In this document: one piece after another, positions 26,713 to 39,817 of the stretch | Layout: every line of letters begins with the position of its first letter | Numbering within the stretch: position 1 is the stretch's first letter | Source: Okamejei kenojei | Taxonomy: Eukaryota | DNA: 64,000 bases | Direction: 5' to 3' | Assembly: GCA_035221665.1 (NCBI GenBank) | Contig: CM069163.1 | Coordinates: 22,072,001 to 22,136,000 of the forward strand | Program-made: the position numbers and the translations under genes | The notes under the pieces: model-generated | What the model saw: the letters and a program-made list of their open reading frames with translations, nothing else | Told to the model about the DNA's origin: nothing | Database searches by the model: none

Positions 26713-28162
26713 CTGTGGAATTAAGGAATAGTGATAATTCAGCAAACACCCCTTCCATCTTTTGACAAATTAATCTAGCAATAACATTTATACAGCAGAA
26801 ATGTTTATAGCCAAGAGATATCAACTGTTCAAAGATGCTCAAGTGCAATACTAATACTTCACACCGAGCAACAAAGTAATTTTAGAACAAATGGGCAATA
26901 ACTTAGAGACATGGGGCAGGAAGAAGGTAGAGATCGGAGAAATTGGGAGGGGTACTCCAGTGAAAAGGTTAAAGGCAGCTGAAAATTCAGTAGCCAAGCT
27001 TGGTACAAATAGATCAGAGGAGTGCCGAGTGCTTGTACTTGGGGAACTCAAATTCGTGAAGGATATTGTAAATTTGAGAAGGGGAAACCAAAGAGCATAG
27101 AGGAACCTGTAAAGAATGATGAGAATTTTCAAACAGTCATCGCTAAACCAGGAGCCAAAGTAGGTCATTGGTCACATAGTGTTAGGATACAGGAAATAGT
27201 TTTAAATGAGTTGCAATACATTAGGTACAGCAGAAAGCTCTAATCAAGATCTTCTCTTGCAACAACCCATCAGCAACACCAGCACAGCAAAGAAATAGAA
27301 CAGTAGTAAATAGGAAGACGCGCGGAAGTAAATAGGTTTCAGACACAATTGTATAAAAGACCACAAAATTATTTGACTTTATTATATGCCACATGGCTTT
27401 ACATTGCATCCACATATGCTTATGTTCACTTTAGACATATTGCAAGGGATACGAGAGGAGAAATCAGCAATTTAAACTTCAACCGTGTAGGAAGAAACTG
27501 CAGATGCTGGCTGACACCAAAGATGGACACAAAATGCTGGAGTAACGCAGCAGAACAGGCAGCATCTCTGGATAGAAGAAACTTCAACCGTGATCTACAT
27601 GATCAGTCTATTTGCTCATTATAGTTCTGTGATGGTAAAACTCTTGCCTAGTTAGCATTGCATCCCTTAAAATACAAATGCACACTTAATGAAGTGCAAT
27701 TCTCAGACTGAACACACTGCACTAAGTAATCTTATCTAGAGCTTTACATAATGAGTTCCCACCCTCCGCTGGTCTATAGTCTTAATTTTCTTTTAACGTA
27801 TCTACTACTTAACCTCTTTGGTACGTTGAAAGCCTTAACGTCTGAGCTATTTTTCATTTGCAAAAATGTTTTGCAAACCAATGCTGCCTGACCTGTTGAG
27901 TTACTCAAGCACTTTGTGTCTTTGTAAATCAGCATCTGCAGTGCCTTGCTTCTATGTTTCATGTCTAGACAATGAATGACAGATATGAGCCGAAATCTCT
28001 AATGTTAATCCCATTTCTCTCTAAAGTTGATGTCTGTCATTGATAAATTCAACTATTTACATTTTGTTTATAGATTTTCACCAATTATTTTCTGCTCAGG
28101 AACCTTGTGATTTGATCACCGCGATTCAACTTGGCTGGGTTTCAAAGTTTACAGATCTTTAC

Positions 28163-28224
28163 CTGACCAAATATGGCGCTGGTGCTTGCAGGCTGACCAA
28201 ACACAATCGGAGAACTACCAAAAC
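28163..28224 (-). CDS. NUP214: NUP214 FG exon (~30)
   Basis: GFGSSPIVFGQPASTSAIFGQ; phase 1-0. Confidence 0.92.
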
Positions 28225-28626
28225 CTAAGAGTGACAAGAAATGGTATTTCAGAGAGGAAATTCAATTCACAAAGGCAATATAAACTTAATTGCAAATGGT
28301 TGAAACACAGGCTAAAACTTGCTTAGTAATAAAGCCCTGCGCTTATTTGGGTTATTTACGATGTCATTCTTTTTTAATGGCATTTGGGTAGATATGAATT
28401 ATGCAGTTTAGAAGACAACCACAGCAGGTCTCTGAGAAAAAAATCCACTTCCTTAATATCCCCCTTCTCTCTCTCCCCCCAGTCTTGAAAATCTTTTCCT
28501 TATGGTAATTATTCCACTTCCCTTTGCAGCATACAATCGATTACCCTTTCAGACATTGCATTCTATAACATTAAGAATAATCAATATCAATCTTCAACAA
28601 TTATTTAAAATTATTGTCTGTACACC

Positions 28627-29236
28627 TCACTGTACTGGATTTTATCTTAAATTGCATGTTTTTGAAGTAGTGTTTGAACTTGTTTGACACAATTTCGTCA
28701 ATTCAGCAGTGAAAAAACAGTTGCTGAAAGGTTTTGCCTATTCACTCAGGAAGATATGTTCAACACTTCTATTAAATCCCCTGTAAACTTTGCTCCAACC
28801 TCAGCTTCTAAGGCATTGCCACAAACATTAAATTGTTCAAATTCCTGGTGCCATTCTCATAAATAATCTCTTCAAGGCCCAGATATCCTTCCTAGAATAA
28901 TGTTTACAACTGGATGCATCCACCAATAGTAAAGATGACATAGGACCTGTGCATTTAAATAAAATAAAATTTGCATTTTACTTCGGATTCTTCCTTAAGT
29001 AACATAAATCCAAACGTAACAGTGAACAAACTGAAAGAATATACACTATGGCTTGTGCTTTTGGACATTGATGCGTGTGAACTGTACCAACCTAGAAATA
29101 CATTGAAATATTTTGTGCTACAATATACCTTCCAGCAGATTTAAGTTTTTTCACTGCTGAATTGACGAAACTGAGCCAAACAAGTTCAAAAACTATTTCA
29201 AAAACATGCAATTTAGGATAAAATCCAGTACAGTGA
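28627..29236. repeat. Inverted repeat, ~105-bp arms with ~400-bp spacer
   Basis: 28627-28731 is the reverse complement of 29128-29236 with scattered mismatches. Confidence 0.9.
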
Positions 29237-29651
29237 CAATTTTGCCTCGTCTTTCTGAAGAGTTGAACCAAGGCTCGCTCTCGTGCTCTCTCTCTCTCGA
29301 AGAAGATTTGGAACGATGTTGCCTGGCCTTAAGGGCCTGACCGATAAGAAAGAGATTGTAATGACTCTACTCCTTGGAGTGCAAGAGGATGACAGGTGAT
29401 CTTATAGCGGTGTATAAGATTATGAGGGGAATAGATAGGGTAGATGCAGAGTAGGGAAAATCAAGAACCAGAGGACATAGGTTTAAGGTACGAGGGTATA
29501 GATTTAATAGGAGTCAAGGGGATTAAAAAAAAATATATATATATTTTTTAAACAGAGGGTCGCGAGTACATGGAGTGGGCTGCCAGATGAGGTAGTTGAA
29601 GCAGAAACTACAGTGACATTTAAAAGACATTTGGACAGGAAAGGTTTAGAG

Positions 29652-30075
29652 CAGCGTTTCTCAACCGGGGTTCTCTGGAACACAAGGGTTCCACGAAAGG
29701 TCGCTAGGGGTCCCGAGAGAAATAGTAATAGGCTAATCATGTGTAAATGCATTTTTGAGTCATTTCAAAATCTCGTGATGTTAACAGGGTTTATGTCATT
29801 TTTTGGTAATGATAAACTGTAGCAAGGCGTTCATCCATTCCACATACAATACACAAAACAGATTGCAGCAACACAGCCTTGGAATTTTACATTTTTAAAA
29901 AGCTCCTGGGTTTAATGTGCACTGCAGAACGATTGGAGTCGTTTATCACTTAATTCCTCCGAGACAAAAACGATTTGTTAACTGTCACAGTGTCACCAAT
30001 ACATCTATATTCATTCCTCAGTAAATATAATTGTGTTCTGACCTTCCGCAAGGGTCAAAAGGTTGAGAAACGTTG
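29652..30075. mobile_element. hAT-type MITE nested in a CR1 3' fragment (~29300-30178)
   Basis: TIR CAGCGTTTCTCAACC / GGTTGAGAAACGTTG; perfect 8-bp TSD gtttagag. Confidence 0.92.
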
Positions 30076-33000
30076 GTTTAGAGGGAGATGAGCCAACATG
30101 GGCAGATGGGACGAGTGTAGATGGGGCACATGGGCAAGCTGGGCCAAGGGGCCTGTTTCTGTGCTGTTAAGACTCTAAATTAGAGGCCTCCCAGGTGTTC
30201 CGCCTGTATTAATTTTCGATTAGCATTACGAAGATAGGTTGCTCAGTTGGAACTCTTTGGCTATTTGTGGCACTTTGCTGTGCTCAATGTACGAGTCGCC
30301 TATCCTACTAAACAATAACACCAAAAAGCTGTATTGGAATTGAGCAGATCTTTTAACATTCTGGGGTAATAAAGCTGAACAAAAATTGTGGCATGAAGAT
30401 CATAAAATGGTCAAAGTAACTCAGTTAAAATTCAAAGAAAGGAAGCACGAGGTGGAATTAGCCTTTTGCAGATCAGGAATTTAATGCTTTAAATCAGGAA
30501 AATGACCAAAGTTCCCATGCAAAATCGGAGACTATGAGAATAATGTAATGCGTGCTTGAAATGGAAAGGAATAAGGAATTAAAACAAATAAAAACATACT
30601 GATGCAATTTTTGCCCAAATAGGTTCTGCAACAAACTTAATAACCTGCCTGGAAGGTTCCTCAGCTTCCGAATCATATTCACCCTCCATGCCTTATCACA
30701 GTGCAGTTTAGGTCGACACATTCTGAGGAAACCTTGTGCATTGGCAAAGGGTATAATGATGTCCCAGATAGGTACTGCTGCATATTACTCCTGTGCTCAT
30801 GTCACAAAGCCCCAGGTCCTGTACCATTGTGCAAGTTCATTTGACACAGTTAATTCGGACAAATTACTTAGTGCTACCTCAGGACACACTCTGCACCATT
30901 TAGAAGTAGCAGAGAGTGGCAGGGCAAAGAATGCACCAAATGGGGTGAACATCAGGAACAGTGGGTTTGCAGGGGCATTATTGACCAAGCTGCCATAGTC
31001 CTCAAGGATGCAGCTACTAGGCTTGATCTGTGACAAATGGTGGGTGGAGAAGACATTAGAAAAGACAATTGTCTTCTTCCTTACAATCTATCAACTAAAT
31101 GAAGTCACTTTCATCATGTCAATTAAGGAAGATGCAGAAAAAGCTGTTCCAACTTAGGCACTTGGCACAAAATTATATTTCACCAGAGTATAATTTCATA
31201 ACTCAGAAAATTCCTGGGGGCAGATCATATTCCCAATTCAGCAAGCAGTGTAGAATGGCATGAGGAACATTATTAGTCATACTAAAGAAAACTTAATTAT
31301 GTTTGAGCACTGCTAAGCAGTGAAGGAGGATCTTGTGGATATAGTTACGCCATCTTACCATCATCATTTCAGATCAAAGTTCTGCAATCTAACCACATCC
31401 AACTAGTCATTTTCACCATGGGATGCACAATCCCTTACACCACTATCCCACATCAGGAGGGTGTGAGAGATTTCCAATTCTTTGACTGATCTCACAAATT
31501 TCCCTCCAACACACTAATTCATCTGCCGAAATAAGCGAGTTCGGTATTCCGAAAAACGCAAAGAATCATGGGATGTGTGAAATGTCATTCTTGATAAAGG
31601 AAAATATACAATATAAACTCTCTCTCCCCCTTTTCTTTTATTTCCCTCCCCCCCCTCCTCAGGTTCTTATAAAAATCTTACCCCTCTCACCTAAGCCCCC
31701 TAGATTTTTTGGTCCCAGCCAACTTTCCTTCCTCCCTTCAACACCACCTGTTCCCGTATCCACCATCCCTGCATCCTCCAATGACTTACCTTTACCCAGT
31801 TAGATTAATTTTGTTTAGGGACACAGCAGGGAATCGGCCCCTTCGGCCCACCAAGTCCAGGCCGATCACCTGTCAGCACTTGTTCTACATTATCTCATTT
31901 CTCATACACTCGCTACATACTCAGAGGCCAATTAACCTACATCTTTAGAATGTGGAGGAAACGAACGTTATATTGCACAGGGAGAAAATGCAAACTCCAC
32001 ACAGACAGTGACCCAGGTCAGGGTCGAACCCGGAGCTTAGAATTGGCCAGACATTCCCCACTACGTCCACATAAGCTCACAAAATAAACCACCACCAATT
32101 GGCGCATTTCACAGCAACATCATCAACATCTGTATTACAGGGCGTTTGATGCTTTGTAATATCTTGGTTCTGGCTTGTACCCCAAGGCCTTTCTCTTCCT
32201 GTGAATAATCTCCACCATCTGACATGTCATCAGCTCCGTCCAAACTCCGATATCAATGCCGCAAAATTGGCCCTCTCACGCACGTTGTTGTCATGTGCAG
32301 TTTGTGCACATCACATTGTCACTGCTGAGATTTCTGCTTGGACCAGTGAAGAAGGGAGAACTAGTGTCACTAACTCCAGTAGTAACTCAACAGCACTTGC
32401 AGCGCCGGAGACCCGGGTTCGATCCTGACTATGGATGTATACACGCAGCAGCACAGCTGCCGAGAATGTTCATCTTGAGTGACCTATGACTTGGGCTGCG
32501 CAGCTGAAACACCGAACTTGCTTATTGTCTTCACAGTAAATAACATCTCCTTCAACTCCACATCATTCTCCAGATCAAAGGAGATTTGTGGGCTACAGGA
32601 AGGAGTCTCTGTTTCAGTCCTACATGGGGGACGCTCAGTCACTTTTTCCAGCCCCTTGCTTCACACTTTTTACCTCCTCCTCCTCCTCTTGTCCTATGTT
32701 CTTAAAATAGACTTTTTCCAATTGTGCTTACTGAAAAAGTTAGTATAACAGTGTGGATTAAGCCAATGTGAGAAAAGAATAAAACCACTTAAAATCATAT
32801 CAATCATAGGTCAGATAAATCTGATGCACCATTTTCTACAATCAGTGCAAACCTTTTTTTTACATCTGTTCTCTTACAAGAACTATCCCATTGGTCTAAC
32901 TCCCCTCATTCATTTCCTATACATGTATAACTAGGTCTTGAAAATTACTAAGCGATTTCAGTCAGTCAACATTTCTGGTGATTAATTTTATATCAAAACA

Positions 33001-36000
33001 GCACAGTGTGAAAATATGCTTTGCATCACATCACGTCTGATTGATTTTGCCTATGTTCCCGTATTCATTTTGCCAATCAACCTTGATTGTCAAAAGAATA
33101 CCAATCTTTGGTAATACAATTTCATATTTAATTATATTGAATACAATTATTATATACAATCATTTAATACAATTATTAAATTATAAATTTACAATTAAAT
33201 ACAGTTTCTCCTATCCAGCCAAAACCATTCTCAATTTGAACTGGTTCATTAAATCCACTTCAAGCAGGGTTAGCTTCAATAAGGGATATTATTGTGGACA
33301 GGCACAATTAAGCCTTAAAACAAAAGTGCTGATGAGTGAAGTGAAATGGGTGGCGTTGAGGCCCTAGGCAGTATATTCTGAGATCAAATTTAATTTATTC
33401 AATTTGTTTAAGAACAAAAATAAGCATCAATTTTAGAGCTTTGTCTAGGTGTGTCCAGTCCAATCGGGTCAATTAATGAGAAAGTCTCTGACATTAGACC
33501 CAGTTCAAAGACAAACAATTGTGCTTGTTGGCCTGAGGATACTACTCCAGAAGCTCCTCTGATCAGTGTCTATGACTCAACAAACTTTAAGCTGTGTAAT
33601 CATTGACTTGTCTTCCAACACAAAGTCAGAATCATACAATGTGCCATTCAACACATCATGGTACGCAATTTAAAAATGTGCTATCTCATCTAATATCATC
33701 TTCCAAACGTTCTGCTACTGTCGGATATGGCCCTGGATGTACACATCCCTGTAAGATTTGTATCTTATGAAGGTTTCTGCCCCTACCATCCTCTGGGTAA
33801 AAATATTTAGCTTCCCTCCACAAATGCTTTAAATCTATGCCACCAAGTTTAAAACAAAAAACTATACTGCCAAGTTTTAATTTCTACCTAAGGAGAAATA
33901 TGCATCGCAACATTTTCTGCTCCTCAGTCAAGTCTCCCTTCAGCCTCCTCTGTTGCAAAGAAAACAACTTCAGCACATACAATCTTGCCTTAAAGCTAAA
34001 ACGTTTCCAGTCCTGGCAACATCCTCACAAATTTCATTAAAATAATGCTGGAAACAGTCAGGAAAAAAGAGAAAGTTAATGTTTCAGATCGGCGACCCTT
34101 CATTGTTTCTGATCCGATTGGATAGGTGTCTCAGACTTGAAACATGAACAATTTTAGTTTGCAAACACCTGCAGTTTTTTTGATCTTCATAAATCTCCTT
34201 TGCATGCTCTCCAGTGCTCTCATCTTTCCAGTGATGCAGCACCAGAGCTAGTGTAATACCCCGATACGGGTCGAACAAATGCTATAATGCTGTTCTAAAT
34301 TAACCTATCTGCTTTTGTACCCAATACCCTTTTAAAATGACTATTGACCTATTCCACGCCCACTCTATCTGGGCCTTTCATTATCCGATAGGTTTTAATG
34401 AGGACCCCCCCCCCCCCCACCCTCATATGTCTAAGCTCCAGTGAGTACAGGCCCAGAGCCATCAAAAGTTCCTCATACGTTAACCCAGTCATCCACAGGA
34501 TCTGTCTCATAAACCGCATCTGGACCCTCTCCAGCACATACTACATCATATGTGGCCAAATGAAAGCTACCATTGTATTTGCCTTCCTTACCAACAACTC
34601 AACTGCAAATTAACCATTTGGAAATACTACACCAGCAATTCCAAGTCCCTTTGCACCTCCAATATTGATATAGATCCTGTATAGATAAGGTGAATGGTCA
34701 TTTTTCCCCAGTGTAGGAGAGTCTAAAACTAGACACCAGAGGGCACAGGTGAAGGGCGAAAAGATAAAGACTTAAAGGGGACAAGGGGCAAGGTTTTTCA
34801 GAGGGTGGTGGGTATATGGAACAAGCTGCATGAGGAAGTGGTAGGTAAATTTACAATGGACAAATGCAGGCAAATGGAACGGACTATCTGAGCTAGGCAG
34901 CTATATAATTTTATGATTTTAATAAAAAGGTAAACCATCAGCACAGGGATGGCTTGTCATGTGACTCTTGAGCAGATTACCTTGACCAAATGAATATTGT
35001 GTCTGCAAGAGGAGATTAATGGCTGCCTCAAATCTAAATTGTTGAAGTTTCATTGACAAGTCTTTCAGGCATGTGATCAAATCCTCTCCAGAAGTATTGA
35101 CAGGATAAAGAAACTCTTGGAGTTGGATTCACATAGCATGGAAACAGGCCCTTAGGCCCAATTTGTTCATGCCGACCAAGATGCCCCATCTAAGGTACTT
35201 GCCCACTTTTGGCCCATATCCTTCTAAACCTTTCCTAACCATGTATCCACCTGAAGAAGGGTCTCGACCCAAAACATCACCCTTTCCTTCTCTCCAGAGA
35301 TGCTGCCTGACCCACTGAGTTACTCCAGCATTTTGCGTTTACCTTTGATTTAAACCAGCATCTGCAGTTCTTTCCGACACATGTACCTGTCCAAGTGTCT
35401 TTTAAGTACTAGTACAATTTAAATACTTTTAAATTAAAGTGTCTGCCTCAACTATCTCTTCTGGCAACTCATTCCATATACCTACTGTTCTGAGTGAAAA
35501 AGTTGCTTCTCGGGTTGCCATTAAATCTTGTACCGATCACCCTAAGCATATGCCCACTTGCTTTTAATTACCTACCCTGGGGAATTCAACTTATCTAATC
35601 CCCGCATGATTTTATACATCACTATGAGATCACCCTTCAGCCTCCTGCGTACCAAGGAATAAAGTCCTAGTCTGAGACCCTACAACTCAGTCCCTTCAAT
35701 CCTGGCATCATCCTTGTAAATTTTATCTGCAATCTTTACAGATTAATGTCATCTTTCCTATAGCAGGGTGACCAAAATTGAAAACTTACACTTGGCTCAC
35801 CTGAACTTTGCTTCCTCTGTTATTACTGCACCATGGATATACTGTATTTACATGTGCACACTAACAATTTGATATCACCCCTTAAGCAGAGGACCGTTGC
35901 CACTTAGAAGGCAGGCAGCAGAAGTGACAACACCCCGTATAGTCCTTAATCAACAACACTTTCACAGCATGATATAAAAGGAAAAGTGACTTTCCTTTTT

Positions 36001-36727
36001 GGCCATGCAGTGTAAAAATTAGTCAAGAGGCTTTTTCCTTGCAGGAAATAATAAATTGGTGTGGACAAGCTTACGATATAGAAACAAAACAGTCATGCTG
36101 CATCAAGGTTGGTTGCAGTTCAATCATTGATGATCTGCATTTGAACTTAATTTCTCAATCTTGCTTCCATATCAGTTTAAAATCTGGCAACCTGTTTGGA
36201 AAATTGACCTGCAGCTTTAGCAACATTTTTTTGGGGGTAGATCATGGGAAAAAAGAATTCCATACTTCCAATCATCTTTGTGAGGTGATGAATGATAGGA
36301 TACATTAATGCAATATTTCATTTGGCCGAAAAAGAACAAAACCGAAATTGCCGCTTGTGTGAAACACCAAACAATAAAACACAGAAACAGATAATTCAGC
36401 CAAAAAGTCTATGCTGACGATGATGCCAATCGAACTAGTCACATCCACCTCCATTCTGTATCCCACTATTTCCTGCTCAGTTAAGTCTTTCTTATTGTAC
36501 CTTAGATATTACACCCATCACCTTTCCTGACAACGTTTTGAGGCACATAACCCCAAATTAACATCTCTTTTAAACATCCCCCCCCCCCAACCCCCATCAC
36601 CTTATATTTATGCCCTCCAGCGTTTCACATTTTCATCCTCAAAAAAGGTTCTGACTGATTACTATCCATGCCTCTCATAATTCTACATCAATGATTATAT
36701 TGATGTTAAATCAAATTTATTTCTTAC

Positions 36728-38725
36728 CCGAAGGCTGAAAGCTGAAGCCAGATGCAACATTTGGCCTTGTGGTGGATCCAAAACTCGGAGTTGCAACAAA
36801 ACTAGAGGTATGTCCAAATGAAGGTGCACTTGGTTGCCCAAACATTGCTCCACTGCTATTAGTCTGCTGTCCAAATTGAAAGGAGTTGGCGTTTGCAACA
36901 CTACCGAAGGGACTGCCACTTATCCCAAGTTGTGCTGCAGCAGTTGGGTCACCAAAGCGTGGTTGACTTCCAAATGGTTCACTGCCAAAGCTGAACCCAT
37001 CAATAGTGGAACTAGCAGGTTGTTCCGAGTCCATACTACCAGTTTGGCCAAAGGTTGGCTTTCCAATAATGCTTGTTGAGCTTCCTCCGAAAGGAGTGGT
37101 GATGCTATCACTTTTGCTTGGTGAATGCACCACGATAGATAAAGATGTTGATGAAGTTGGTTGCTTAAACGGTGCATCCTTATTTTCAATCTGGGACAAT
37201 GAGGATGTGGGTGCGCTGGAGCTGATATGTGGAGATACCAATAGCGCTGCCAAGCTGCCATGGGAAGGAGGCTTGAACTGTGCTGTGCCAACATTGCTCC
37301 CCGACATAGTGGTAGATGGAGGAGTAACAGTAGAGTCTGCCAGAGCTAAAAACTGGCTGGATTCTTGTGCAGTGCTTCCTTCAGCTGATGCACCTAAAGA
37401 GACTACAGTTGGAGTGGCAGTGGAAAGAGTTGCATGTGTAGGTTGTGTCACAATACTTGGCAGTGAACTTGCCATTTCTGTGTTAATTGGTGTGCCTGCT
37501 GATGTCAATGAACCACTCTTTGGTTCCATTAATGATTTCTCAGAAGTGGTGAGATCACTACCGCTGGTTTCTTTCTTCTCTTCAGGAGTTGGCTGCTTTG
37601 AAGCGTCAGCAACAGTTTCAGTGTCGATAGCCAAGGAGCCCAATGATCCTATGATGGAACTTTGGGAAGAACTTGCTGGGGTAACAGAAGCGGCGCTTTG
37701 TCCAGAAGCTGCGCTCTGTGCAGAAGCAGCACTCCGTGCCTCACTACCGTGTGTAGAAATGGAAGTTAACTTACTGGATGCTGACTGCAAACTGCCATGT
37801 AAACTGGACGACTCGGCCCCGATCATAGGAACGGAGGAAATCAATGGATCAGATTGCTTGGAAGCACTGGCATCAACTGGCACGGCTGTTGTTCCTTCAG
37901 TGGAGTCTGATTTTGCCAATGGAAAAGCAGTCCCAAAGGGCACAGTAGCCGGAGTAGTCGCTGCCGTTTTAGGCGCTTGTGCAAAGGGGTAACTCCCCTG
38001 CAGAGGTTTATCCAATTTGGTGGCATCATCGGTCTGATTGACCACTAGACCAGAGAAACTGCCGATGGTGACCCCACCAGTGCTACCCTGAGAGAACATG
38101 CTTTCAGACTTGGGTGGTTGCAGCTGCTGGGCCACCTCAGGCTTGGGTTGCGGAGCCACCTCGGGCTTGGATGGCGGCTGATGAGGCAGGGCTACCTCTG
38201 GTTTAGCGGGCGGCTGCTGCAGTGGTGCCGGCTCGGGCTTGGATGGCATTTGCTGCTGCACCACCTCGGGCTTGTATGGCTGAGGTTGCTGGAGCTGTAC
38301 CTCTGGCTTGGGTGGCGGCTGCTGCTGCACTGGTGGTTCAGGCTTAGGTGGTGGCTGCTGCTCGGCTTCAGGCTTGGATGGTGGCATCTCAGACTTGGGT
38401 GCCGGCTGCTGAACTTTAGGTGCCTGAAACTCTAAGATGGATGATCGAGACCCAGATTTGGAAGGCTGGAGCTCAGTTTTTGGCTGCTGCACTTCAGTTT
38501 GGTCTGCTAACCCAGAAGCAGTAGGCTCCAGGGGTGTTCCAGTTAAACACAGGTCGTCTATTACCCGATCTGAACCCATACAGACACTACTGCTAGACGT
38601 AGAGGACCCAGATGCAATTGTTGAGCTAGGGGTGGATTTTGTGCTCCCAAAGGAAAAGGGAACGTCGGCCTCCAATGCAAAAGCAGGTTTGGTTCCACCA
38701 AAGTCTTTTGTGCTTCCAGTTGTTC
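36728..38725 (-). CDS. NUP214: NUP214 large exon (~29), Ser/Thr/Pro-rich with first FG motifs
   Basis: 1998-nt open exon; conserved IGSFSGL...QTDD and FQFGQQ...GAMFGQPSAPSFG...SGFSF; strong acceptor, GTAAGA donor. Confidence 0.95.
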
Positions 38726-38924
38726 CTGCAGAACAGAAAAAAAAAGGTTAGAGACATTGGACTGACAGAACCTTGGAACATTTAAATTAATAAAACACTC
38801 AAGAAAATCTATAGACATTCTTGAGCTTCCAATTCCGAGTACAAAATTACGTTTTCAGGAAAATAAGCCTTTGAAAATAAACTTTGAGGAAAACTTAAAA
38901 TGACAACGATAGGCCAGGACCTAC

Positions 38925-38986
38925 CCAGTGTGACGTCAGTTAAAGCATTTAATGAGGTGGTGCTAGGAGCTGTAAAATGAAACCCA
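38925..38986 (-). CDS. NUP214: NUP214 exon (~28)
   Basis: GFHFTAPSTTSLNALTDVTL (human GFNFG...); phase 2-1. Confidence 0.82.
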
Positions 38987-39260
38987 CTGTAAGAGAAAAA
39001 AAACAACATTAGAGAATGATTCCCAAATGCGAATGTATCCAACACTCATTTCAAAATGAGATCTGCAGCACCATATCCTCTGCTAAAGTGGGAGACTGGG
39101 ATCGCCGTCAATGGGAGTGGGAATCACTAATAATGCCTCATGACAAAGATAAGTTTTTAATAGTATGGTCATATTTTTAGAGGAGAAATCACCATAGCTG
39201 CCATGCGCACCCACACACAAATCAATCACCACTGGTCACTCAACACAAGGATGAATTATC

Positions 39261-39553
39261 TTAGTTTAGAGATACAGCACGGAAACAAGCCCTTTGGCCA
39301 GAGTCCGTGCTGATCAACGATTCCTGCACGCCAACAATATCCTACACATACCAGGGACAAATTACATTTATACCAAGCCAATTAGTCTACAAAGCTGTAA
39401 GTCTTTGGAGTGTAGGAGGAAACCAGAGATCCCAGAGAAATCCCACGCAGGGCATAGGGAGATCGAACAAACTCCAAACAGACAACACCCGTAGTCAGGA
39501 TCAAACCTGGGTCTCTGGCACTGTAAGACAGCAACTCTAGCTGTGCCACTGTC
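39261..39553 (-). mobile_element. tRNA-derived V-type SINE
   Basis: Head ACAGTGGCACAGCTAGAGTTGCTGTCTTACAG...GTTTGATCCTGAC; CR1-like tail. Confidence 0.8.
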
Positions 39554-39723
39554 CTATACATTCTGTACATTCACAAGATACGATAAGACGACCAACAGGG
39601 CCTTTTTATTAGCAAAATAGTCGGAATAATTAACTCACTTCAAATTTACCCAAGTTTCACCAAACATTCCATGTATATCACCGATATAAGGCATATACTC
39701 TCCAAATTTAAAAAAATACTTAC

Positions 39724-39817
39724 GAAGAAGCTCCTGGGAACGAGGAGATTTTATGAACCTGGTGACCAGGGGCTGCAGCAATAATATTTTCAGATTTCAA
39801 ACTTTGTGCTGGACCCC
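39724..39817 (-). CDS. NUP214: NUP214 exon (~27)
   Basis: tcctttttacAG / GTAAGT; open frame GPAQSLKSENIIAAAPGHQVHKISSFPGAS; supplies the phase 1-to-2 change needed between flanking exons. Confidence 0.8.

Noticed and set aside
37006-37992. 328-aa plus-strand ORF
   Set aside because: Antisense shadow of the Ser/Thr/Ala-rich NUP214 exon; no independent gene signals.
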